From NCBI GenBank assembly GCA_029974275.1, contig JARKSN010000273.1:1-57610 (forward strand): a stretch of 57,610 bases of DNA, given 5' to 3'. Below the pieces are notes generated by a model, which worked only from the letters and a program-made list of their open reading frames with translations, made no database searches and was not told where the DNA came from. The position numbers and the translations under genes are program-made. Of this stretch, positions 49,953-57,610 are shown piece by piece. This DNA comes from Candidatus Hydrogenedentota bacterium. GTDB lineage: Bacteria; Hydrogenedentota; Hydrogenedentia; Hydrogenedentales; SLHB01. Every line of letters begins with the position of its first letter. Position 1 is the stretch's first letter.

Positions 49953-51284
49953 CTAGAGATTTCGATTGTCGATAACGCGTTTGGCCTTGCCTTCGCTGCG
50001 CTGAATTGTGTGCGGCTCAACGAGGCGGACCGTCGCGTGAATGCCGAGCACGTTTTCCAAGGAATCGGACAACTTCTGGTGCAATGCCTCCATCGGTCCG
50101 ACCGTGTCGCTAAAAAACTCCGCCGTCACTTCGACCGCCACTTCTATTTGGTCCAAACCGCCTTTCCGCGAGAGGACGATCTGATAATGCGGCAGGGTCC
50201 CCTCTACGCGAAGGAGTGCGGTCTCGACTTGCGAGGGAAACACGTTGACGCCGCGAATGATAAACATGTCGTCGCTGCGACGCGATATGCGTTTGATGCG
50301 GCGGATGCTGCGTCCGCACGGGCATTCCTCGCGCACGATGCAGGTGATGTCGCGCGTGCGATACCGAAGCATTGGCATCGCTTCCTTGCTCAACGTCGTG
50401 AGCGCCAATTCGCCTTCTTCGCCGTCCGGCAGAGGCTTGCAGGTGTCTGGATCGATGATTTCCGGGTAGAAATGGTCTTCGAAGATATGCAGCCCATTCT
50501 GTTCGGAGCATTCGATGCCGACGCCGGGGCCGATGATCTCGGAGAGCCCGTAGATGTCGTACGCCTTGATGCCGCTTTCGGCTTCGATGCGTTCCCGCAT
50601 GGCCTGGGTCCACGGTTCGGCGCCGAATACGCCGGCTTTCAATGGCAGCGTATGGATATCGATGCCGAGTTCGCCCGCGCGCTCGATGATGTGCAGGAAA
50701 TAGCTGGGCGTGCAGCAAATGGCCGTCACGCCAAAGTCTTTCATGATCATGATCTGGCGGTCAGTATTGCCGCCGGAAATGGGGATGACCGTCGCGCCGA
50801 GCGATTCGGCGCCGTAGTGCGCGCCCAGACCTCCGGTGAATAGGCCATACCCATACGCGTTCTGGATGATGTCGCCGCGATGCAGGCCGCACGCCGCAAA
50901 ACTGCGCACCATGACGCTGGCCCAGACGTCGACGTCGTCCTTGGTATAGGCGACGACGATGGGTTTTCCGGTCGTGCCGCTCGACGCGTGCACGCGCACG
51001 ACTTCGCTCATCGGGCTGGCAAACAGCCCGAAGGGGTAGGTGTCGCGCAGATCGGTCTTGACGGTGAAGGGCAAGTGCTGAATATCGTCGAGCGTGCGAA
51101 TGTCTTGGGGCTTCACGCCGCTGGCATCAAAACGCTGCCGGTAGAGGACGACGGTGTCGTAGGCCCGTTGGGCCGTCGCCCGCAAGCGGTTGAGTTGGAG
51201 TTCGCGCAGTTGCTGCACGGGCAGAAAGTCCAACGCGCTGGCCGGATGGAAGCTGCCTGCGATATCGTTCCAGTGTTCAATCAT
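49953..51284 (-). CDS. paaK: phenylacetate--CoA ligase (copy 1)
   Basis: [32 protein letters not shown] and RYRTRD. Confidence 0.93.
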   Translation of the reverse strand: MIEHWNDIAGSFHPASALDFLPVQQLRELQLNRLRATAQRAYDTVVLYRQRFDASGVKPQDIRTLDDIQHLPFTVKTDLRDTYPFGLFASPMSEVVRVHASSGTTGKPIVVAYTKDDVDVWASVMVRSFAACGLHRGDIIQNAYGYGLFTGGLGAHYGAESLGATVIPISGGNTDRQIMIMKDFGVTAICCTPSYFLHIIERAGELGIDIHTLPLKAGVFGAEPWTQAMRERIEAESGIKAYDIYGLSEIIGPGVGIECSEQNGLHIFEDHFYPEIIDPDTCKPLPDGEEGELALTTLSKEAMPMLRYRTRDITCIVREECPCGRSIRRIKRISRRSDDMFIIRGVNVFPSQVETALLRVEGTLPHYQIVLSRKGGLDQIEVAVEVTAEFFSDTVGPMEALHQKLSDSLENVLGIHATVRLVEPHTIQRSEGKAKRVIDNRNL

Positions 51285-51355
51285 GGATCACCCCCTCTGA
51301 TTGAAGATAGTACAGAGGACCGTTTCCCAATACAAACGCCGTTTCGCGGACATTT

Positions 51356-51892
51356 CTAGCGTTTGGCCGTTAGGGCGATCTGGTCGCGCTCCGCCGATTG
51401 GGCCCGACGAAACACTTCTTCATTGAGCCCGTGGACTGTCGCCGGAAGGTTTTCGTGAATGGCCTCGATCCACGCATTCTCCGCGATATCCACGTGCGCA
51501 CTCAACGCTCCCAGCAATGCCACGTTCACGCTGCGCCTCAGGCGCTGCGCCTCTTCGCTGTTGTCTAATTCCGCAAGAAACGAAACGGTGTCCGGCGTAA
51601 TGAGTTCTCCGCCTTCTCGCAACATATGCCGATTCGGATCGATCTGCGTTGGGTCGCAAACCAACAGAAAATCGGCCTCGCCCGCGGGGACCATGGGGCT
51701 GAAGACCTCCGAACCAAAACGCACGTCGCTGCTCACCGATCCGCCGCGCTGGCTCATGCCATGTATCTCGCTTTTTTTCACGTCATACCCGGCGATGTGC
51801 GCCGCCCCGGCCAAGATGTCGGAAGCTTTGACGATGCCCTGGCCGCCCAAACCCGCCATCACGACGTTCACGACTTTGGTCTGAGAATTCAT
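51356..51892 (-). CDS. iorB: indolepyruvate ferredoxin oxidoreductase beta subunit
   Basis: GLGGQG and SEIHGMSQRGGSV.SDVRFG. ATGA overlap with iorA. Confidence 0.92.
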   Translation of the reverse strand: MNSQTKVVNVVMAGLGGQGIVKASDILAGAAHIAGYDVKKSEIHGMSQRGGSVSSDVRFGSEVFSPMVPAGEADFLLVCDPTQIDPNRHMLREGGELITPDTVSFLAELDNSEEAQRLRRSVNVALLGALSAHVDIAENAWIEAIHENLPATVHGLNEEVFRRAQSAERDQIALTAKR

Positions 51893-53493
51893 GTTTGTGT
51901 TTGTCCAATGGAACATGGCTGCGCCTGTTCTTCTTTTTCCATTCGGCGCAGGGCCAACAAACACGGCCTGCGCGCAATGATAACGGTAAGGGTGTTGCCG
52001 GCAAGCGCCGTCTGAAGCATCTTGACAAACTTGCTGGGGCGCTCGCTTGGGTCGATGACATGCACTTCCGGGACGCCTATCGCGCGAAGCAACGCTTCGA
52101 AATCAACACTGTGCGCCTCGCTGCGGTCGAGACGACGGCCCGTGCCCGGATGCTCCTGAAGACCCGTCATTGCGGTCGTCCCGTTGTCGACAATGATGAC
52201 GAGGTGCCCTGTCGCGGGCGGGTTGTACACCATCTCGATAATGCCCGGCACGCCGCTGTGCATGAAGGTGCTGTCGCCGATGACGCTCACCACGCGGCGG
52301 GCTTCTTCCTCCGGCAGAACGTGGCGCAACCCGAGTCCAACCCCGATGCTCGCGCCCATGCACACGCACGAGTCGATCGCTTCAAAAGGCGGCAACACGC
52401 CGAGCGTGTAGCATCCGATATCGCCCGAGACTATGCAGTCCATGCGCTGGAGCGCCGTAAACACCGCGCGGTGCGGGCAGGCGTTGCATAGTTGCGGCGG
52501 TTTTCCCGGCACGGGCTTGGGCTCCGGCGAAACGTCGTGTTCGAGAATGCGGCGGACGCGATGGACGTTCAATTCGCCGAAGCGGTACATCTCGTCCTTC
52601 GACTCGATGGCGATTCCTTCGGCGCGCAGGGCGTCCGCCAAATAGGGATCGCCTTCTTCGATGACAACGCAGCGGCTGACCGACGCCGCGAACGCGCGAA
52701 TGGTTTCCATCGGAAGCGGATAGGTCATCCCAAGCTTCAGAAAAGACGCCTGGGGCGCGGCCTCGCGCGCATGGATGTACGAGATGCTCGACGCGATGAT
52801 TCCCAGATCGGAATCCCCGTCAACACGGCGATTCAGCGGCGAGGTCTCGTTCCATGCGGCCATCTCGGCGAGCTTGGCGCGCAGTTTGTGGTGGGCCATG
52901 CGCGCATATGCGGGGATCATCACGCGGCCCTTGATGTCCCGTTCGTAATGAGGGACAGGGGGATTGATCGCATCGGCTTTCGGAGTGACGCGTGACTTCG
53001 AGTGGCTCACGCGGGTCGTCATGCGGAGCATCACGACCGTGCGCCATCGCTCGGAAATTGCGATGGCTTCGCGGAAGAAGTCGTATGCCTCCTGCGAATC
53101 GCTGGGTTCCAACATCGGGATACCCGCGGCGACGGCATAGCGGCGGCTGTCCTGCTCGTTCTGACTCGAATGCAGACCGGGGTCATCGGCGGCCAGTAGC
53201 ACCAGCGCACCTGTCACGCCCGTATAGGCCGCCGTGAACAAGGGGTCCGCCGCGACATTCACTCCCACGTGCTTCATCGTCACCAGCACGCGCCCGCCGC
53301 CGAACGCCGCGCCCAAGCCAACCTCGAGCGCGACTTTCTCGTTCGGGGCCCATTGCGCGGGGCCGCCCAACTCGCTGAAACGTTCCAACACTTCCGTGGA
53401 GGGGGTTCCGGGATACCCGGTCCCAAGCGACACCCGCACATCCCGCGCCGCCAACGCAACCGCTTCATTTCCACTCAGCAACAACGTACCCAT
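51889..53493 (-). CDS. iorA: indolepyruvate ferredoxin oxidoreductase alpha subunit
   Basis: GNEA.A, YPGTPSTE, NEKVALE, MKHVG.NVAAD, SSQNEQD, C..CPHR, DIGCY and GDSTF.HSG. Confidence 0.93.
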   Translation of the reverse strand: MGTLLLSGNEAVALAARDVRVSLGTGYPGTPSTEVLERFSELGGPAQWAPNEKVALEVGLGAAFGGGRVLVTMKHVGVNVAADPLFTAAYTGVTGALVLLAADDPGLHSSQNEQDSRRYAVAAGIPMLEPSDSQEAYDFFREAIAISERWRTVVMLRMTTRVSHSKSRVTPKADAINPPVPHYERDIKGRVMIPAYARMAHHKLRAKLAEMAAWNETSPLNRRVDGDSDLGIIASSISYIHAREAAPQASFLKLGMTYPLPMETIRAFAASVSRCVVIEEGDPYLADALRAEGIAIESKDEMYRFGELNVHRVRRILEHDVSPEPKPVPGKPPQLCNACPHRAVFTALQRMDCIVSGDIGCYTLGVLPPFEAIDSCVCMGASIGVGLGLRHVLPEEEARRVVSVIGDSTFMHSGVPGIIEMVYNPPATGHLVIIVDNGTTAMTGLQEHPGTGRRLDRSEAHSVDFEALLRAIGVPEVHVIDPSERPSKFVKMLQTALAGNTLTVIIARRPCLLALRRMEKEEQAQPCSIGQTQT

Positions 53494-53641
53494 GCGCCGC
53501 ACTATTTCCTTATGGGTAAACCCTATGCCGCGCCATCCCACCGCCATCTGTCTATTCAGGATACGCGGACAAGATTCAGAATGCCTTTGCCAGAACTTCG
53601 AAAACTATATGCCTTCCCGCCTCTTCTCGCAGCGGTCGGTT

Positions 53642-53670
53642 ATCCTAGACAATCATGGGGAGGTTGTCAA
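53642..53670 (-). promoter_or_regulatory. sigma70-type promoter of the ior-paaK operon
   Basis: Minus strand TTGACA-17 nt-TAGGAT. Confidence 0.55.
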
Positions 53671-53750
53671 CACATCGAACACACATCGAACAGGGCTATC
53701 GCATCAAAGAGCCGATCGAATGGCCACGAGAATGGTCATGGGTGATTTTT

Positions 53751-53907
53751 GTAGCGCCCGGTCTCTGTGCCGGGCGCGTTTTGGAGCAAGCAGCCCTTCA
53801 TGCCGTTCCGGATCAGAACAGCCAGCATGTCCCGCCCCTCCACCTGGCCTGGCGCATGAATGTCGACCCTGCGCCCAGACGCGCCCGGCACGGAGACCGG
53901 GCGCTAC
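53751..53907. repeat. GTAG-type REP doublet in inverted orientation (REPIN-like)
   Basis: GTAGCGCCCGGTCTCTGTGCCGGGCGCGT (53751-53779) and its reverse complement with 1 mismatch (53879-53907). Each unit has an internal CGCCCGG/CCGGGCG hairpin. Confidence 0.85.
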
Positions 53908-54264
53908 TACGAAGACAAAGAAATAACGAGACGGCAAAACCGGCGTGGAAAATGTGACGAGAAAGATCGGACGAATCGAAATGGTAATGCGATCGCCCTG
54001 ACACATCGAATCGCGAATCGGTCCCTTGTTGGCAATGGATGATGCGTATGGTACCCTGCTGTAATGTTCGCCGCGAAAGCGCAACGGAACCGTGGCGTAT
54101 GTTTTCTGATGCCCATTTCGTGTGCGGCGAAGAATGTACAAAAGCCCTCACGTCTCAATTGAGCGGCTGGGTTGGGCAGGGAACGTTGGCGTTTCATGAA
54201 AAGCGAAAAGCCGATGGGGGATTCGCGTTGTTGGCAACACTCGCAATCGATCGGGCATCGCGTG

Positions 54265-54996
54265 ATGGCCGCTAAGGTGATTCACGGCGTCAATGCCGTG
54301 CGGGAGGCATTGCGCGCGGGGCGATGCGTTAACCGCGTATACCTCGCGCGCGAGTCGCGGGCGCATGGAGTCGATGCCTTGGTCGACGAGGCCAAGACCT
54401 TGCGCGTGCCGTTCGACTTTGTGCCGCAGGCAAAGCTGAACGATCTTACGGGCACTCGCGAACATCAAGGCGTCGCCGCTACGATCAGTCCGCTGGCCTA
54501 CGCGAGCCTCGACGAGTGCCTTGAACGCTGTCCGCCCAAAGCCCTGCTGCTAGCGCTCGATCAAGTCCAGCACCCGCGGAATTTCGGCATGCTCTTGCGC
54601 ACAGCGTTTGGCGCAGGTGTTGCGGCCGTGTTGGCGCCGGAGCGCGGCGGGGCGTTGCTGGACGACGATGTCGTGCGGGCAAGCGCGGGCGCGGCGTTTC
54701 ACGTTCCGGTCGTGCCGTGCCCCAATCTATCGCAGACGTAGCGGACGCTGAAGGACAGCGGTTTTTGGGTCTATGCGCTCGCGGGCGATGGCGATGAGGA
54801 CGTGTTCACCGTGAATTGGGCCGATCGTTCGGTTTTGGTCTTGGGAAACGAGACGCACGGCATTCGCCCCGGCGTGCAGAAAGCGTGCGATGTCACCGTT
54901 CGGATTCCTCTCTGCGGCGGACTGGACAGTTTGAACGTGTCCGTGGCGGCGGGGGTAGCTCTCTTTCAGGCGATGCTATCTATGCGGAGGGGCTGA
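54265..54996 (+). pseudogene. rlmB: 23S rRNA (Gm2251) 2'-O-methyltransferase RlmB/TrmH family, interrupted by an in-frame TAG at 54739-54741
   Basis: The N-half (HQGV, LDQVQHPRNFG..LR, RASAGA) and C-half (VLGNE..G, V.IP, SLNVSVAAG) are in the same frame, separated only by NLSQT*RTLK. Confidence 0.85.
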
Positions 54997-55001
54997 TCGC
55001 G

Positions 55002-55445
55002 CTATTTCGAAAAATGTTTCCGAAAATAATTCCGGTCGTCCAGCATTTTCAGGTCGACCTGCACGAAGCGCTGGAACTCCTCGGAAGTGATGACATCGTC
55101 CAGTTCTTCGCCGTTCCACGACGGTTCCGCGCCTTGGTCATCCTGCTCTTCCTCCGAATCCGCTTCGTCGTCGGAACCCATTCCTTCGCTTGGCCAAGCG
55201 CCGAGAATCTCCGGAAGAATATGCGGTTCCAAGAACTGCGCAATGGCGTCGGCGATATGCGCCTTGCGTTCCTCGAAAGAGCCATGCTCGAGAATGGCGC
55301 GCTTCAGTCCGATGACCTTGCGGCGGAACAATACGACCAAGTCATGACACGCGGGGCAGGGAAGCGCCACCACCACTTCCTTGGGAACTTTAGCCCCCAG
55401 CGCGCCTTCGTGGCCGCAGTGCGGGCAAACAATCTTCTGCATCAT
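55002..55445 (-). CDS. hypothetical protein with two CxxC motifs (zinc-ribbon-like) and an acidic linker
   Basis: CPHC and CPAC, followed by the acidic stretch SDDEADSEEEQDD. Confidence 0.7.
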   Translation of the reverse strand: MMQKIVCPHCGHEGALGAKVPKEVVVALPCPACHDLVVLFRRKVIGLKRAILEHGSFEERKAHIADAIAQFLEPHILPEILGAWPSEGMGSDDEADSEEEQDDQGAEPSWNGEELDDVITSEEFQRFVQVDLKMLDDRNYFRKHFSK

Positions 55446-55764
55446 CCCTCTCGCTTTCCGGCGGCGCGTATAGGTCGAAACGGTGCGCAAACACGCCGTT
55501 CCCCATTGGCTTCACGTCCGATACGCGCTTGCAAACAACGTCTCGCGCCACCTCGCCTTCAGCATACCACGTATCGGCTCCGGACACAATCCGTCCGCCC
55601 GATCCTTTCGTGCCGCACCGCCTGCTGTTTGCCTTTGCCAACCCCGCCAACTTCCATAACATTCGAGCATCATCCTTGAATCCCGGGGAAGATGCAAAGG
55701 ACTCGGCGAATGTGGCATGGTTGGAGGACTGTTCAGATAGCGACGCATACGGAAGGAGAGCAGG

Positions 55765-56664
55765 ATGAGCGTGACGGTGGTGGGATCGGTGGCGTTGGAT
55801 ACGGTGGAAACGCCTGCGGGACGGAACGATGAAGGGCTGGGGGGCGCCGCGACCTTTTTTTCGCTGGCGGCGTCGTTCTATACGGACGTGCACTTGGTCG
55901 GCGTGGTGGGGGAAGACTTCCCGGAACAGCATGTGGCCTTGTTGCAGTCGAAAAACATCAGCCTGAACGGTCTGGAACGGGCCCCCGGCAAGACCTTCCG
56001 CTGGACGGGGAGGTATCACGACGACATCAACGAGCGTGATACGTTGGACACGCAGCTCAATGTGTTCGAACATTTTCATCCAAAACTTCCGAGGGCCGCC
56101 TGTGAGAGCGAGTTTCTTTTTCTGGGGAATATCCATCCTGCGTTGCAAATGGAGGTGCTGGAACAGGCCAATGCCGGGTTTGTCGGCCTCGACACGATGA
56201 ATCTGTGGATCAATGTCGCGGGGGACGGACTGAAAGCCGTTCTCAAGGAAGTGGACGCCCTGATTATCAACGATTCCGAGGTGCGTTTGTTGACGGGGGA
56301 GCGGAACATCGTCGTGGGAGCGTCGAAGGTGCATGCGCTTGGTCCCGAGATCGTCGTGGTCAAGAAGGGCGAGCACGGCTGCCTATTGTTTCAGGGCGAT
56401 CGCCTGTTCGCGGTCCCGGCGTTTCCGCTCCGTCACGTTGTCGATCCGACCGGCGCGGGCGACACGTTTGCGGGCGGATTCATGGGGAGCCTCGCCAAAC
56501 AAGGGCATGTGGATTGGACGACCTTGCGCCAGGCGGTCGTGCACGGCAGCGTTGCGGCATCGTTCACGTGCGAGGCGTTTGGCCCTGATCGCCTTGCTGC
56601 TGTCACCTATGCGGACATCATGCGGCGGTATGACGCGTTTCGAGCGCTCACGCAATTCACGTAA
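55765..56664 (+). CDS. PfkB family carbohydrate/nucleoside kinase
   Basis: GSVALD, GGAA, VG.DF, IND.E, KKGEHG and DPTGAGD. Confidence 0.92.
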   Translation: MSVTVVGSVALDTVETPAGRNDEGLGGAATFFSLAASFYTDVHLVGVVGEDFPEQHVALLQSKNISLNGLERAPGKTFRWTGRYHDDINERDTLDTQLNVFEHFHPKLPRAACESEFLFLGNIHPALQMEVLEQANAGFVGLDTMNLWINVAGDGLKAVLKEVDALIINDSEVRLLTGERNIVVGASKVHALGPEIVVVKKGEHGCLLFQGDRLFAVPAFPLRHVVDPTGAGDTFAGGFMGSLAKQGHVDWTTLRQAVVHGSVAASFTCEAFGPDRLAAVTYADIMRRYDAFRALTQFT

Positions 56665-56678
56665 ACCTCGTGGGCGCG

Positions 56679-57498
56679 TCACGCCCTGTCGCACGCCGTC
56701 GCCTCGAGTTTTCGGATGATGCCTGCGGTGATGGCGGCGGTTGCCGCGACCGTGGCGGGATTCACGGAGCGGAAGGTTTCCTCGGCAAGGTCGTCGAGAG
56801 AGGCGTTGTCATGTTGGCCGTCGCTCGATAGGGTTATCGCTTCGAATCCGCGCGCCAGGGGCACGATCGCCTCGGAAGGCATGTCGGCCCGCTTCCGATG
56901 AATGGCCCCGTACGCGGCTCCCGAATGTTTTGCCATGGCAATCAGACGCCGGGACGCATGGAAACCGTGTAGCAACCCTTCGCCCGAAACAATGACCGGC
57001 GTCTCCCCCCCGACCCTGTCGAAGTTGATGAAAAACGTCTCCCTTCGCTCGAAAGCATGCGTTTGGAACAACCGCCGCATTCCGCTCATCCACCCCTCGC
57101 TGGCTCCCGTCGCCACAAACCAGACGTCAAGTTGTTCCGGCGGGGCCGCCGCCAGTCTGTCGGCCACATCCAGAAGCGCCGCCACGCCGGACGCGTTGTC
57201 GTTGGCCCCCAGCAAATAGTCCTCCGTGCGTGCCTGGAAAAACAGATGCAACGCCATGCACACAAGCGCGGCCACAGCCGTCCAGCGCACAAAAAAATCC
57301 ATTCGAAAACCATCTTCTTCGAATAGCCCAGAACCCTGCGTCAAACAAGATATCAGCACCGCCGCCATGCTCACGACAAGTCCCAGATGCATCCAACGCG
57401 CCTGCCGCCACGCACAGGGTCTGGCTAACACAGTGCTCTTGGGAGAATCGTAGTGGGCGGTGAGAATGACGAGGCACCGGGGCCTGTCCCGCCCGCGC
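56679..57498 (-). pseudogene. membrane M28-family peptidase, 5' part cut off by an IS insertion
   Basis: The reading frame extends upstream of the listed start through RCLVILTAHYDS. Motifs GANDNASG, GASE and NFD follow. There is no proper start, and in-frame stops appear in the IS-like sequence beyond about 57499. Confidence 0.7.
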
Positions 57499-57610
57499 TG
57501 GAATTGGACTTCTCCGATGGCAAGAATGTGTAGACAATCATTGAGGAGGAGTCATGGAAAAGCAGCGGACGCATTGGACATCAGCGGAGAAGGTCAGGGT
57601 GTTGCGGCGG
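57499..57610 (+). mobile_element. left end of an IS3-family-like insertion sequence with transposase OrfA start (57554 to beyond 57610)
   Basis: Begins TGGAATTGG (IS3-type 5'-TG end), then a GAGGAGG RBS and ATG 57554 giving MEKQRTHWTSAEKVRVLRR, which resembles the R..(Y/F/W)(T/S).E.K N-terminus of IS3-family HTH OrfA proteins. Confidence 0.7.

Noticed and set aside
53655..54275. Several short ORFs in the iorA-rlmB spacer
   Set aside because: They have no recognisable motifs or RBS and run through the REP doublet, so they are probably non-coding.
54265..54996. Genome-wide TAG reassignment
   Set aside because: Several well-conserved genes in the window end at TAG at their expected C-termini.

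Overview
This is a GC-rich bacterial chromosomal segment made mostly of housekeeping and envelope genes. The style of the DUF1559 prepilin and the dockerin-tailed giant protein suggests Ca. Hydrogenedentota or a similar PVC-like lineage; this is inference only. Left part: a partial PHP metallohydrolase, a Uup-like ABC-F, gltX, a ROK kinase, hisH-hisF, a PfkB kinase, an SGNH hydrolase, a carboxypeptidase-regulatory repeat protein, the DUF1559 prepilin, pilC/gspF, clpB (sigma54-type promoter) and a ~2100-aa modular secreted protein. Middle part: an unlisted DUF5989-like microprotein, a flippase-sulfatase fusion, lpxK, dprA, an alpha/beta hydrolase lacking its nucleophile, a GT2/DUF2304/ArnT envelope cluster, tex, and fliD-fliS-glycosyltransferase (sigma28 promoter). 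Right part: RNase P RNA, a tRNA-Leu with the rare AAG anticodon, cheX, an AlgE-like porin, an iorAB-paaK-ACT-paaK operon, a GTAG-type REP doublet, rlmB with an in-frame TAG, a PfkB kinase, and an M28 peptidase cut by an IS3-like element at the window edge. I saw no CRISPR array, prophage or recognisable defence system. The most notable signals are the A34 tRNA-Leu, the flippase-sulfatase fusion downstream of lpxK, the Vps62/NPP1-like dockerin giant protein, the amber-interrupted rlmB, the IS insertion and two kinds of intergenic repeat.
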